This document shows, piece by piece, positions 23,971-35,383 of a stretch of 64,000 nucleotides of DNA. Source of the DNA: Eledone cirrhosa (lineage: Eukaryota); the NCBI GenBank assembly GCA_964016885.1, contig OZ024759.1, positions 2,852,001 through 2,916,000 of the forward strand. Reading direction: 5' to 3'. Positions within the stretch are counted from its first letter, which is position 1. Each line of letters starts with the position of its first letter. Position numbers and translations under genes: made by a program. The notes below the pieces were generated by a model. The model searched no databases. It saw only the letters and a program-made list of their open reading frames with translations, and was not told where the DNA came from.

Positions 23971-25503
23971 ATAAATGTTTGTATATGTATAATAAAGCCA
24001 AAACAATCCAGGTATGGACATAGAATAAAGAATGCAAATGCAAAAGATATTGTTGACAATTAGTCTTTTACCTTAGATTTATTTAAATGTGCTTAATTTT
24101 CGAGATAATATCTCTTCTCCGGAGGGAAGTAAAGCGGTTAAACCAGTGTTCTAAATAGCTTGCCAAGTCATGCTGACAGGAAATGGTATAGAGTATCTGT
24201 TCTATCTCTAATATCAAAGAGTTAAGGTTAGGTGGATAAAGAGTAGTCTCCCTTTAAAAGGTTTTTTTTTTCTACATGCTTGTTTAAGTGTGTGGGAGAA
24301 TGCGTGAAGGTGTAAGTATGTGTGTGTGTGTGAGTGTGACAAGATATGTCTATACGTAAATGTGGGTGATAGATGTTATCTCGTGTTAGAACTGGTCTTT
24401 GTGTGTGTATGTGTGTGTGTGAGAGAGAATAAGTGGAGGTGTAAGCGTGTGTGTGTGTGTGTGTGTGCGTGTGTGTGGGAAGGGGTGTAAATATAGGGCT
24501 AGATGCTCTATCAAATTATAAATAGGGTGTTGAGTTCAAGTCTATTATTGATTGGTGGTTGTGTTTTGTCTATAATTAGTGCTTCCTTAATTCTAAGATT
24601 GCCGAGGTTTCTTTCCTTAGTTTCTATCCTAACTGTTATGGTTTTGTCGGTGTTTTTACATTTAACTAGGTGTTTCCTAAATGAGGAAGTGTTAGTATTG
24701 AGGTGTTCTTTTATTCTTATGTGGAGTGGTCTGGTGGTGCTACCTATGTAGAAGTTGCGGCATTTGTCACACTCTAGTCTGTATACGACGTACGCCGGGT
24801 GGCATAGGTCTGTGTCGTTGATGGGGCAGTTGGCTAGCCTGCAGCAGTTGTCATGTCTGGTGGAGTGTCTTTTGGTTAGCTGTCCGCGTAGAGAAGGACC
24901 TGAGTAGGCTAGTTGGATATCTAGTCTCTCTCGTCTGATGGCTCTGCGGATGGCTGTTGTTGTTTCGTCACTGAAGTGCGGGAGCTTCAGGAAGCAAGTG
25001 TTAGTGCCTCGCGTGTGGTGTCCTCTCTTCTTTCTGGCACGGTTTGTGGTGGATGTCGTGTATCCGTTCAGTTTGAGTACTTCCAGGAAATATGTGGTGT
25101 GTGTGTCTCGGTTCCGGATGCGTGTTAGTTCGTTCCTTATGTATCCGAACTTAGCGCCGGCTGGGAGGGCCGATCTGAAATATACGAACAGGTCCCTGCT
25201 GGCGGCTTTTTTATAGAAGCAGGTGTGGATGTTGCCTTCCTCTATTACCCTGAGTTGGAATTCCAGTAGGGATAGGGATCCGCGGTCATCGGGGTGTTCC
25301 ATGCTGAACTTTATACTGGCATCCATGCTAGAGAATGTTGTGTATATTTTATCCCCTCCGAAGAAGGGATATCTCGAAAATTAAGGACATTTAAATAAAT
25401 CTAAGGTAAAAGACTAATTGTCAACAATATCTTTTGCATTTGCATTCTTTATTCTATGTCCATACCTGCATTGTTTTGGCTTTATTATACATATACAAAC
25501 GTT

Positions 25504-25506
<3 letters not shown>
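23971..25506 (-). mobile_element. 5'-truncated Penelope-like element with inverted pLTR (23971-24126 / 25354-25506)
   Basis: ~155-bp inverted arms around an RT-thumb/GIY-YIG ORF, TA flanks, and a variant HHR-like motif in the arms. Confidence 0.9.
24511..25326 (-). pseudogene. PLE ORF 3' part: RT C-terminus + GIY-YIG endonuclease
   Basis: IKFSME...FYKK..., VVYRLECDKCRNFYIGSTTRPLHIRIKEH...LRIKEALII...IN. Confidence 0.92.
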
Positions 25507-25574
<68 letters not shown>

Positions 25575-25720
25575 ATACTTTGGGAGGGTCATGTTGCCAA
25601 TAAGAAACACACGCACCAGTTGCTTTCACTTCAATTTATTATAATAAATTTATAAATTTAGGAATTTATAAATTTTCGGTTGGTTGGTTGGTTCCACAAC
25701 CAGATGGTTGTTTATATATT

Positions 25721-25763
25721 GTCAAAGTTCTTTCGTCACACACTCTGTGACCTTTTCAGTGAC
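25721..25763 (-). ncRNA. Degenerate/variant hammerhead in pLTR fragment 25568-25790
   Basis: GUCA CUGAAAAG GUCAC..GUGAC GAAA G AA C UU UGAC; stems pair but the core deviates. Confidence 0.45.
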
Positions 25764-25799
25764 TGGGGATTCTTTTCTTTGATTGTTGTGCCTTGCTCA

Positions 25800-26978
25800 G
25801 AGTAGGCAGAAATTCAATTTTATGTCCCAAATGCAAAGTATGGGTACATAAAAGATGTAGTGGGATCACAGGTAAACTATCTAAGAACGTAGACTTTATA
25901 TGTGGCCGATGCTCAGGTGCAATAGGTAGCAAATGTCCACAGGATACTAGCCCCTTCTATTGCCCAGATGGTTCTATAGAAATAGTAGACACTTTCCGTT
26001 ACCTGGGTGACAAAATCAGCAGTGGTGGAGGGTGTTCTGAAAGTACAGTAGCCAGAGTCAGAATGGGATGGAAAAAGTTCAGCTTATACCGCTGTTGGCC
26101 ACAAAAGGTTTCTCTCTAAAAATGAAAGGCAGATTGTATGATGCTTGTATACGAACAGCAATGTTACATGGCAGTGAGACATGGGCATTGTGTGCAGAGG
26201 ACCTGCGTAGACTGGAAAGGAACGAAGCATGCATGCTCCATTGGATGTGTAATAGTAATATACGTGAACGGCAAAGCATAAATGAACTAAGTGAGATATT
26301 AGGAATAAGAGGGATCAGATGCTGTTTACTTGAGAGAAGACTACGTTGGTATGGCCACGTGATGTTGCATGAAAGACGACAGCTGTATAAAAAAGTGCAG
26401 GGCGATCAAAATTAATGGTAGTTACGGAGTAGGTAGACCCAGAAAAACCTGGGACGATCTGATAAATTCTGACCTTACACACTTACACCTCTCCAAGACA
26501 ATGTCACTGGACCGAGATCTTTGGCGCTACGCAGTAATACAGAAGACCCGCCTTGCCTATGTACAAAGCGAAATCTACAGTCAGTAGGCATCTCTTAACC
26601 AAATATACACCTCCGTCCCAACCCTACCCTATCCTCCCACTCCCACCAACACCACCCCCTCTCTATAAAGTTGGTACCACAATATCCAGTCCAAATAAAT
26701 GAGATAAATGAGATCGAGATCGTGTAGGTGTCATGAGAAAAACACACACAGTCCACGCTGTAATGTGACCATGTAGGTAACATGGTAAAAACCTCCCAGT
26801 TCCAGACTGTAAATGAGGTTGGTGTTAGGAAGGGCATCCAGCCGTAGAAAACCTGCCAGATAGTCCTATATGAGCGAGACATGGTCACCCGACCAACCTT
26901 GCCTCAAGTGGGACAACTCCCGTCTAACCCATGCTAGCGTGGAAAATGGACGTTAAACGAGGATGATGATGATGATGA
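25800..26978 (+). mobile_element. RTE-clade LINE 3' fragment with partial PHD-like finger and (GAT)n tail
   Basis: SILCPKCKVWVHKRCSG...FICGRC, FRYLGD, ARVRMGWKKF, HGSETW, RRLRWYGHV, GRPRKTW. Confidence 0.9.
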
Positions 26979-26993
26979 TATATATATATACAT

Positions 26994-27079
<86 letters not shown>

Positions 27080-27082
<3 letters not shown>

Positions 27083-27270
27083 GAAGGAGTTGTGGTAAGG
27101 AACCAGATGGACCATAACGCACCAGAGTACTCAACACTTAGAGTAGTAGAGTGGGTAATAGGAAAAAGTAGGACCCCAACGGCAGAGCTCAAGCTGTTTC
27201 GACAGCTATTTCTGGACCAGAATGAGCCGTCGAAACGGCTTGAGCTCTGCTGTTGGGGGTCATACATTTT
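27080..27270 (-). mobile_element. Short fold-back element containing the 3' half of a hammerhead (other copies 27560-27750 and 31048-31250)
   Basis: Hairpin arms read GCCGUC GAAAC GGC...GCC GUC GGGGUC. All copies abut (TA)n. Confidence 0.65.
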
Positions 27271-27273
27271 CCT

Positions 27274-27329
<56 letters not shown>

Positions 27330-27424
27330 GAATGTATGTAAAAGTTAAACAGAAATAACAACACAATAGGTAGAGTATATGGAAGGAATATATTAGGTTA
27401 ACACATGAAATAGCGGGAAGAGGG

Positions 27425-27460
27425 TCTTAGCATTTCAGACACTAGGCCTTCATCAGAAGA
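27425..27460 (-). ncRNA. Decayed minimal hammerhead
   Basis: UCUU CUGAUGA AGGC CUAGU GUCU GAAA UG CU AAGA; stem III is mutated. Confidence 0.5.
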
Positions 27461-27559
27461 AAGAATGAGAAATAAGATAGATTGAAGGGATATGTGGGTG
27501 GAATTGGAAAAAATATTTTTAGATAAAATTAACAGGTCCATTCATGTTGCATATATATA

Positions 27560-27848
<289 letters not shown>

Positions 27849-28660
27849 AATATAAAATGAAAGTGCTTTTATAAAGGAATTTATTAGGTATTGACATATG
27901 TTTCTGTAACAGATGGAATACCTATGTATCGCTGCTTGCGTAATCATATAATGTTAGCACGTAATCGATAGCAAATGTATAATCAGTTGTCACTTCTTCA
28001 GAGATATTGGATAAATTGGAAAAAATCAGAAAATTCAAAGTATTTATATTAGTTGTAAGAAAGAAAGAGGAGAGGGGAAAGTATATGACAGATGGGAATC
28101 CAATTTGCTGGTAAACAAGTGTATAGAAGTTTTTAATGAGAATACAATGTGTATATGGCTTATTTTATCTAAATAAGAATATTTGGGAGTGCCGATTTTA
28201 ATTTATATTTGACCAGTTGAACAATGGACAGGGTTGGTGGCTTGGTGTGGTAGTATTAATACAGATATAAGGTGTCAAGTAAGAAGAGAGATTTTCACTG
28301 ATACTGTATAACAATAATGCTGGTAGCCCGTTGTAATATGCTTTAGGGAATTGAATTGAGGAATCTTATTTTATCTATAGCAGTTTATATTAAATGATAA
28401 AGAATAGAAGTGTTGATAGAATTAGAACTAATAGAGATAATGATTAATATGTATTTTGACAGGCAAACGGGGATGGAGACAGGCGTTCAATCCTGGTAGC
28501 GTTTGTAATATGAAAATGTATATTTCAACCGATGGTTAGGTATAACGATCGCACTATTCTGTTATTTAATAAAATATTTTTGAAATTTGAGCAAACCTAC
28601 ACGTACGCTGTTCATCTCTAATGTGACGATATATTATCACTACATTATTGATAACTTGAA

Positions 28661-28699
<39 letters not shown>

Positions 28700-28813
28700 T
28701 TGAAAAAAATGAAAACGAAATTTCATTTCTCACTCTTAGTATGGCACTTACTTAAATGTAAGTATGTATGTATACGTACATACATATATGTATACAGACG
28801 TACAGTAGCATGC

Positions 28814-28867
<54 letters not shown>

Positions 28868-29030
28868 GCATACAGGTACACATACATATATGCACGCATC
28901 AGTTTAGCCGACGTTTATTATAACGCCGGCCGCTTTGTTCGTTTGTTTGTCAACAAACCGAACAGCCTGAATTTATGCCATACGGTGTTAAGGCAACCAC
29001 GTCACCTTTTTTGTTCAACACTGACACAGG

Positions 29031-29075
29031 AACGATGTACTAGTTTCAAGCTCGTTAGCTATCATCAGCACCGTT
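29031..29075 (-). ncRNA. Minimal type I hammerhead ribozyme, monomer 1
   Basis: AACGGUG CUGAUGA U AGC UAACGA GCU U GAAAC UA GUA CAUCGUU. Confidence 0.85.
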
Positions 29076-29149
29076 ATACCCATCTGCCAGATAGTTGAAC
29101 GTTCGAAAGTATATACTTTCCTTATGAAAATTAACGGCTGAGCAGCCTA

Positions 29150-29157
29150 ATTTGCAT
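29150..29157 (-). promoter_or_regulatory. Octamer motif ATGCAAAT (one per full monomer)
   Basis: Exact match, ~75 nt upstream of the HHR on the same strand; function is inferred only. Confidence 0.35.
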
Positions 29158-29512
29158 ATTGAGTGAGTTAAATCGGTCAGGCATACCGAAAACGATAAGT
29201 TGAAAAAAATGAAAACGAAATTTCATTTCTCACTCTTAGTATGGCACTTACTTAAATGTAAGTATGTATGTATACGTACATACATATATGTATACAGACG
29301 TACAGTAGCATGCATATATATATACATATATATATATATATACACATATGCATACAGGTACACATACATATATGCACGCATCAGTTTAGCCGACGTTTAT
29401 TATAACGCCGGCCGCTTTGTTCGTTTGTTTGTCAACAAACCGAACAGCCTGACTTTATGCCATACGGTGTTAAGGCAACCACGTCACCTTTTTTGTTCAA
29501 CACTGACACAGG

Positions 29513-29557
29513 AACGATGTACTAGTTTCAAGCTTGTTAGCTATCATCAGCACCGTT
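29513..29557 (-). ncRNA. Minimal type I hammerhead ribozyme, monomer 2
   Basis: AACGGUG CUGAUGA U AGC UAACAA GCU U GAAAC UA GUA CAUCGUU. Confidence 0.85.
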
Positions 29558-29991
29558 TACCCATCTGCCAGATAGTTGAACGTTCGAAAGTATATACTTT
29601 CCTTATGAAAATTAACGGCTGAGCAGCCTAATTTGCATATTGAGTGAGTTAAATCGGTCAGGCATACCGAAAACGATAAATTGAAAAAAATGAAAACGAA
29701 ATTTCATTTCTCACTCTTAGTATGGCACTTACTTAAATGTAAGTATGTATGTATGTATACGTACATACATATATGTATACAGACGTACAGTAGCATGCAT
29801 ATATATATATATATATATATACACATATGCATACAGGTACACATACATATATGCACGCATCAGTTTAGCCGACGTTTATTATAACGCCGGCCGCTTTGTT
29901 CGTTTGTTTGTCAACAAACCGAACAGCCTGACTTTATGCCATACGGTGTTAAGGCAACCACGTCACCTTTTTTGTTCAACACTGACACAGG

Positions 29992-30036
29992 AACGATGTA
30001 CTAGTTTCAAGCTTGTTAGCTATCATCAGCACCGTT
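29992..30036 (-). ncRNA. Minimal type I hammerhead ribozyme, monomer 3
   Basis: Identical to monomer 2. Confidence 0.85.
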
Positions 30037-30641
30037 TACCCATCTGCCAGATAGTTGAACGTTCGAAAGTATATACTTTCCTTATGAAAATTAACGGCTG
30101 AGCAGCCTAATTTGCATATTGAGTGAGTTAAATCGGTCAGGCATACCGAAAACGATAAGTTGAAAAAAATGAAAACGAAATTTCATTTCTCACTCTTAGT
30201 ATGGCACTTACTTAAATGTAAGTATGTATGTATACGTACATACATATATGTATACAGACGTACAGTAGCATGCATATATATACATATATATATATATATA
30301 CACATATGCATACAAGTACACATACATATATGCACGCATCAGTTTAGCCGACGTTTATTATAACGCCGGCCGCTTTGTTCGTTTGTTTGTCAACAAACCG
30401 AACAGCCTGAATTTATACGTCTGTATACATATATGTATGTACGTATACATACATACTTACATTTAAGTAAGTGCCATACTAAGAGTGAGAAATGAAATTT
30501 CGTTTTCATTTTTTTCAACTTATCGTTTTCGGTATGCCTGACCGATTTAACTCACTCAATATGCAAATTAGGCTGCTCAGCCGTTAATTTTCATAAGGAA
30601 AGTATATACTTTCGAACGTTCAACTATCTGGCAGATGGGTA

Positions 30642-30686
30642 AACGGTGCTGATGATAGCTAACAAGCTTGAAACTAGTACATCGTT
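30642..30686 (+). ncRNA. Minimal type I hammerhead ribozyme, inverted monomer
   Basis: Plus strand aacggtg ctgatga tagctaacaagctt gaaac ta gta catcgtt. Confidence 0.85.
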
Positions 30687-30849
30687 CCTGTGTCAGTGTT
30701 GAACAAAAAAGGTGACGTGGTTGCCTTAACACCGTATGGCATAAATTCAGGCTGTTCGGTTTGTTGACAAACAAACGAACAAAGCGGCCGGCGTTATAAT
30801 AAACGTCGGCTAAACTGATGCGTGCATATATGTATGTGTACCTGTATGC

Positions 30850-30897
<48 letters not shown>

Positions 30898-30949
30898 GCA
30901 TGCTACTGTACGTCTGTATACATATATGTATGTACCTATACATACATCT

Positions 30950-31250
<301 letters not shown>

Positions 31251-31255
31251 AATAT

Positions 31256-32066
31256 ATTTTGTTCGTTTACCCTAGCGTCCCCCTTATTTACGTGTCCCAA
31301 CGAATTTCTTTTAGCCGTTGCTCGCACCAACCTGAGGTATATGGCCTCTAATGCGACGAAATGCCTACGACGGTTGGATGGCCACTGATGAGGACAAACT
31401 TTTTCATATGTAACCCATTTGCAGCGCCGCAGCTCCATTATTATCATATTTACACATATATTTTTCCTCTGCTGCCACCAGTCTGTTTCGTTCTTTGTGT
31501 CTTTACCCTTTCTAGCAGTCTCTCTCTCTGTCACTACCTCTTCCTCACCTTTCATTCACTCACTCTCTGTCACTACTTCTCCTCCTCCCCTTTCTTCCCG
31601 TTTGACCTGTCCGTATTCCTTTTCTCGCGGGCACTTGGCCAAGCCGGTATGAATTTTTTTTCTCTCTCTCTCTCGTCTGCGACTTCACAGAACATATGTT
31701 TACCGAATTCGCAGACCAGACCCCTTCTTCCTCCCGTTAGACCTGTGCGAAATTCCTTCCTTGCTCACATTTCAACCAGGTTTGATGGTCTTTATTCTCT
31801 CGTTCACGATTTCACCGAATTTATATTCATAGAAATCTGGGACTTGTTTCCTTCTTCATTACTTTCTGCTGCTTAAACCATTTTGTTCGTTTACCCTAGC
31901 GTCCCCCTTATTTACGTGTCCCAACGACTTTTTTTTAGCCGTTGCTCGCACCAACCTGAGGTATATGGCCTCTAATGCGACGAAATGGCTACGACGGTTG
32001 GATGGCCACTGATGAGGACAAACTTTTTCATATGTAACCCATTTGCAGCGCCGCAGCTCCATTATT

Positions 32067-32073
<7 letters not shown>
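31256..32073. repeat. 194-bp direct repeats (31256-31449 / 31880-32073), period 624 bp
   Basis: Near-identical copies containing CTGATGA next to a hairpin. Confidence 0.85.
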
Positions 32074-32111
<38 letters not shown>

Positions 32112-32155
32112 CAATGATATTACATAAATGTAAACTATATTTATAAAACCATATT

Positions 32156-32216
32156 TATTCTATTATATATATTTCAAGGGTACCAAAACTTTGGTACGCC
32201 CTCATCAGATAAAATA
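32156..32216 (-). ncRNA. Type I hammerhead ribozyme in pLTR
   Basis: UAUUUUAU CUGAUGA GGG C GUACCAAA GU UUUGGUAC C CUU GAAA U AUAU A UA AUAGAAUA. Confidence 0.78.
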
Positions 32217-33354
32217 CAAAGTTTGTTTTATAAATATTGACATATCCAGGAAGGAGATCTTAACGGTTCAAGTTTTTCCTGGATAGTAAAAGGAAAGAAG
32301 GGAAAGAGAAGAAAAGTCAAATATTTCAAATTATTAAGATGAATATGCAAATGGGGTTGATGTATAGGGCTGAAAAAACGTTATTTTAGACGCTAGGTAG
32401 ATTTAAATAACTATTAGGATATATGTATGTATATGTAGGAAGAAGAAAGTGAAAGAAAGAAAAGTTTGTATTTACGTGAATTTAAAAAGAATTAACAGTT
32501 TGTAGGAATGGTGTAATATGATTCCAGAATTTAAAAAAATTTAGCTATATTATGAGTTATAATATTATATATACAATTAATTAGATCATATGAAGAATTA
32601 TGGTTGTAAGTATATAAATATCTATATAGATTAATAAGTGTGCAAGTATAAGTATTATTGGTGATTTTATAGAAATAAAACACACGTATTAATTGTTTAC
32701 ATTTCTAATATGAGTTACGAAGGAGGTTGATTTTACATTTTACATAAATATTTAAGAAAAAGACGTAGTTCAAGTTGTAAGAGAAGAACAATTTGTAGAT
32801 TCAAATATTTTGTTCCAACATTGAAAATGTTTTCAGAACATTGTTAATTTAGCGAAATTATATAATTTATCATAAAAGTTATTATGTCTATATTTGCTCA
32901 ATTGTAAAGGTAAAGATAACTCGAATATTATTTGCTAACCAATAATTTGATGAATGATTTTCTTAGAAAGTATGTAGAGAAAATTATATATTATTTTGTG
33001 TGAGATTATAAGGTTTTTATATTACACGTTTTTCAAGGATGAGAATTACTATTATATATTATTTACGTCGAAAGATGTGTGAAAAGTTTGAAGATTAAAG
33101 AGGAAAAAATGTATTATTAGATAAGTCAAGAGTGCATAGGATATCTTTCAGAATGTCAATTAATGAGTATCAATCTACATCTAAAAAATAGATTAAGAAG
33201 AATATCATTAGGAAAAGAATATCAATTGGTAAAAATACTAAATTTAAGAAGGAAGATCATTTTAAAAAATTAAATTTTTTAAAGAAAACCTCAATAAATA
33301 ACAGGATCATTTTAAAGGTATATAAGATGTAGTCAAGTGTAATGAATATTATAG

Positions 33355-33745
33355 GTTAAAAATACTTCGGAAAGTAGATTTTTGGCGATGTCTGCAAGAA
33401 CTAAATACTTCTGTTTTTAAATTAATAGACTTTTGACAGTTAATTATGTAAAAAAAGGTCCTCGATACACAAATGACAGGTTCTTGAGAAAGCCATATTT
33501 CGGTATGCAGGTGCTTTCGAAATCGTTCCCCAAGATATTGAATAGTCTATATTGTTGTCCTTTAAATTCCAAATTAGATGTGAAAGTGAAGTGGAAGATT
33601 TTATATCGGACCTATTAATTGTATGTTTGTGGTTGTACCAGCGTTCTTTGAATTTTGTAGAAGTGGCACCTATATAGTTAAATATTTTGTCTCTAGTTTT
33701 TACTGTGCATTTATAAATTAAGTTTTTGTCTAAGCAATTGTTTTG
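33355..33745 (-). pseudogene. PLE GIY-YIG endonuclease fragment
   Basis: Hand translation QNNCLDKNLIYKCTVK...NYIGATSTKFKERWYNH...LIWNLKD...CHLCIE...SSCRH. Confidence 0.85.
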
Positions 33746-33827
33746 CCCTCTTTCCTTTTACTATCCAGGAAAAACTTGAACCGTTAAGATCTTCCTGGAT
33801 ATGTCAATATTTATAAAACAAACTTTG

Positions 33828-33888
33828 TATTTTATCTGATGAGAGCGTACCAAAGTTTTGGTTCCCTTGAAATATATATAATAGAATA
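33828..33888 (+). ncRNA. Type I hammerhead ribozyme in inverted pLTR
   Basis: tattttat ctgatga gagcgtaccaaagttttggttccctt gaaa tatatata atagaata. Confidence 0.75.
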
Positions 33889-34015
33889 AATATGGTTTTA
33901 TAAATACAGTTTCCATTTATTAATATCATTGATATTATACTCCAGAAAACTTGTCGAGTGCTTCGAATCAGTTATAAATATATATATTTGTTGAATTACC
34001 AACAAATTAAATATC

Positions 34016-34061
<46 letters not shown>

Positions 34062-34340
34062 TAAATGATGTCCTTAGAATTATTAGATAAAATATATATC
34101 ATTTCCTCTCCCAATTAGCATAGTTAACCATATAAAAAATCAATTAGACCAAGATATAAGAAGAAAGGCTCTTATGAAGAAATCTCCGACAAATAACCGA
34201 AATGGCCTCTTCGCGGTGGCCCCAATAGAGTATTTATCCAACATTTCGACAGCATGTAGAAACTGACTAAATATACCATCAACCATACACAATTAGGTGT
34301 AAAATTAAACTTAGAAGAAATGTGTACATACCGTAATTAT

Positions 34341-34417
34341 ATCTCTACCATAGTTTCATCCGTATTTTTAGACATCCAATTAATAGGAATGTCTTGAGTT
34401 AGGATTCATCAGGAGAC
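34341..34417 (-). ncRNA. Type I hammerhead ribozyme in pLTR fragment ~34060-34440
   Basis: GUCUC CUGAUGA AUCC...(AGACAUUC/GGAUGUCU hairpin)...GGAU GAAAC UAUG GUA GAGAU. Confidence 0.8.
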
Positions 34418-34449
34418 AAACTCAAAATCAGACATTTAGTTTTCAATGA

Positions 34450-34628
34450 GGTGGAATTAGCGGGTATAGTGATAGCATGGGGTGGAATTAGCAGGTATAG
34501 TGATAACATGGAGTGGGATTAGCGGGTATAGTGATAGCATGGGGTGGAATTAGCGGGTATAGTGATAGCATGGGGTGGAATTAGCGGGTATAATGATAGC
34601 ATGGGGTGGAATTAGCGGGTATAGTGAA
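34450..34628. repeat. 31-bp minisatellite, ~5.7 copies (GGTGGAATTAGCGGGTATAGTGATAGCATGG)
   Basis: Direct period 31. Confidence 0.95.
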
Positions 34629-34629
34629 A

Positions 34630-35238
34630 CCCGTATACACAGATATCGATAACCAGGTGGCGCCGACCACGAGCACTGAGTACGCTGCGTCTGCGGAACA
34701 CCATGGAGGAGGTGGGGAGGGCGCCACAGCAAGGCCAAGTACCTGCGTGAATACTGAGCAGCATATAACTCGAACTTCCAACTGCCGTGTTTGCACACAA
34801 TGCCCTCTACAAGGGAACTGCCTTGGGAAGAGAGCTGTCTATAAATGTGTGGTTAACACACAAAAAGCTAAGCACACCTACATCGGTGCAACATCCACGA
34901 CCTTTAAGTCGAGGATGTACAATCACACAGATTCTTTTAAGAACCGGGATGAGAGGCATTCCACTAGGCTGGCAGACTTGATCTGGGACTTGAAAGATAG
35001 TGGCACTGTGTACGATCTGAACTGGAGTATCATTCAACGTGCAAATGCATACTCAGATGGTGAAGGGCGATGCAGGCTGTGCTTGACGTAAGCCATGGAA
35101 ATAGTGAAATTAAAGGGTGACACAGTCAATCTGAAATCCGAGGTCATCATGGCATGCAGACATCAACGAAAATGCACATTCTCTGCATTGGAATTCCCAG
35201 GTAGGTCTAACTTGAGCCCCGTGGCGGTACAGACATGA
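34630..35238 (+). pseudogene. PLE GIY-YIG endonuclease fragment (one premature stop at 35089-35091)
   Basis: NCRVCTQCPLQGNCLGKRAVYKC...TYIGATSTTFKSRMYNH...LIWDLKD...CRLCLT*...MACRH. Confidence 0.88.
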
Positions 35239-35383
35239 ACAATGGGACCGACACAAGTATATGGAATGTGACATCGTACCATTGGTTATTTTATTTAGAA
35301 CATGTCAGCACACCCATTACATATATTCTATTGTATTTTAATTAAAAACTGTCATCACATCATCACAGGTACGGCATCTTAAT

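Larger units (their letters stand above)
28697..30947 (-). mobile_element. Tandem ~480-bp hammerhead-containing repeat (3.5 copies, starts 28697/29197/29678/30157) plus inverted copy 30416-30947: candidate non-LTR retrozyme
   Basis: Near-identical non-coding monomers differing mainly in (TA)n length, one HHR per complete unit, (TA)n on both flanks. Confidence 0.85.
32108..34015 (-). mobile_element. 5'-truncated Penelope-like element with inverted pLTR (32108-32302 / 33746-33935 plus tail)
   Basis: Inverted arms with HHRs around a GIY-YIG remnant; related to 16440-19495 and 21490-21750. Confidence 0.88.

Noticed and set aside
28700-29622. Repeated 132-140 aa ORFs in the tandem unit
   Set aside because: The frame depends on (TA)n length and breaks between copies; it is antisense to the ribozyme and has no recognisable domain.
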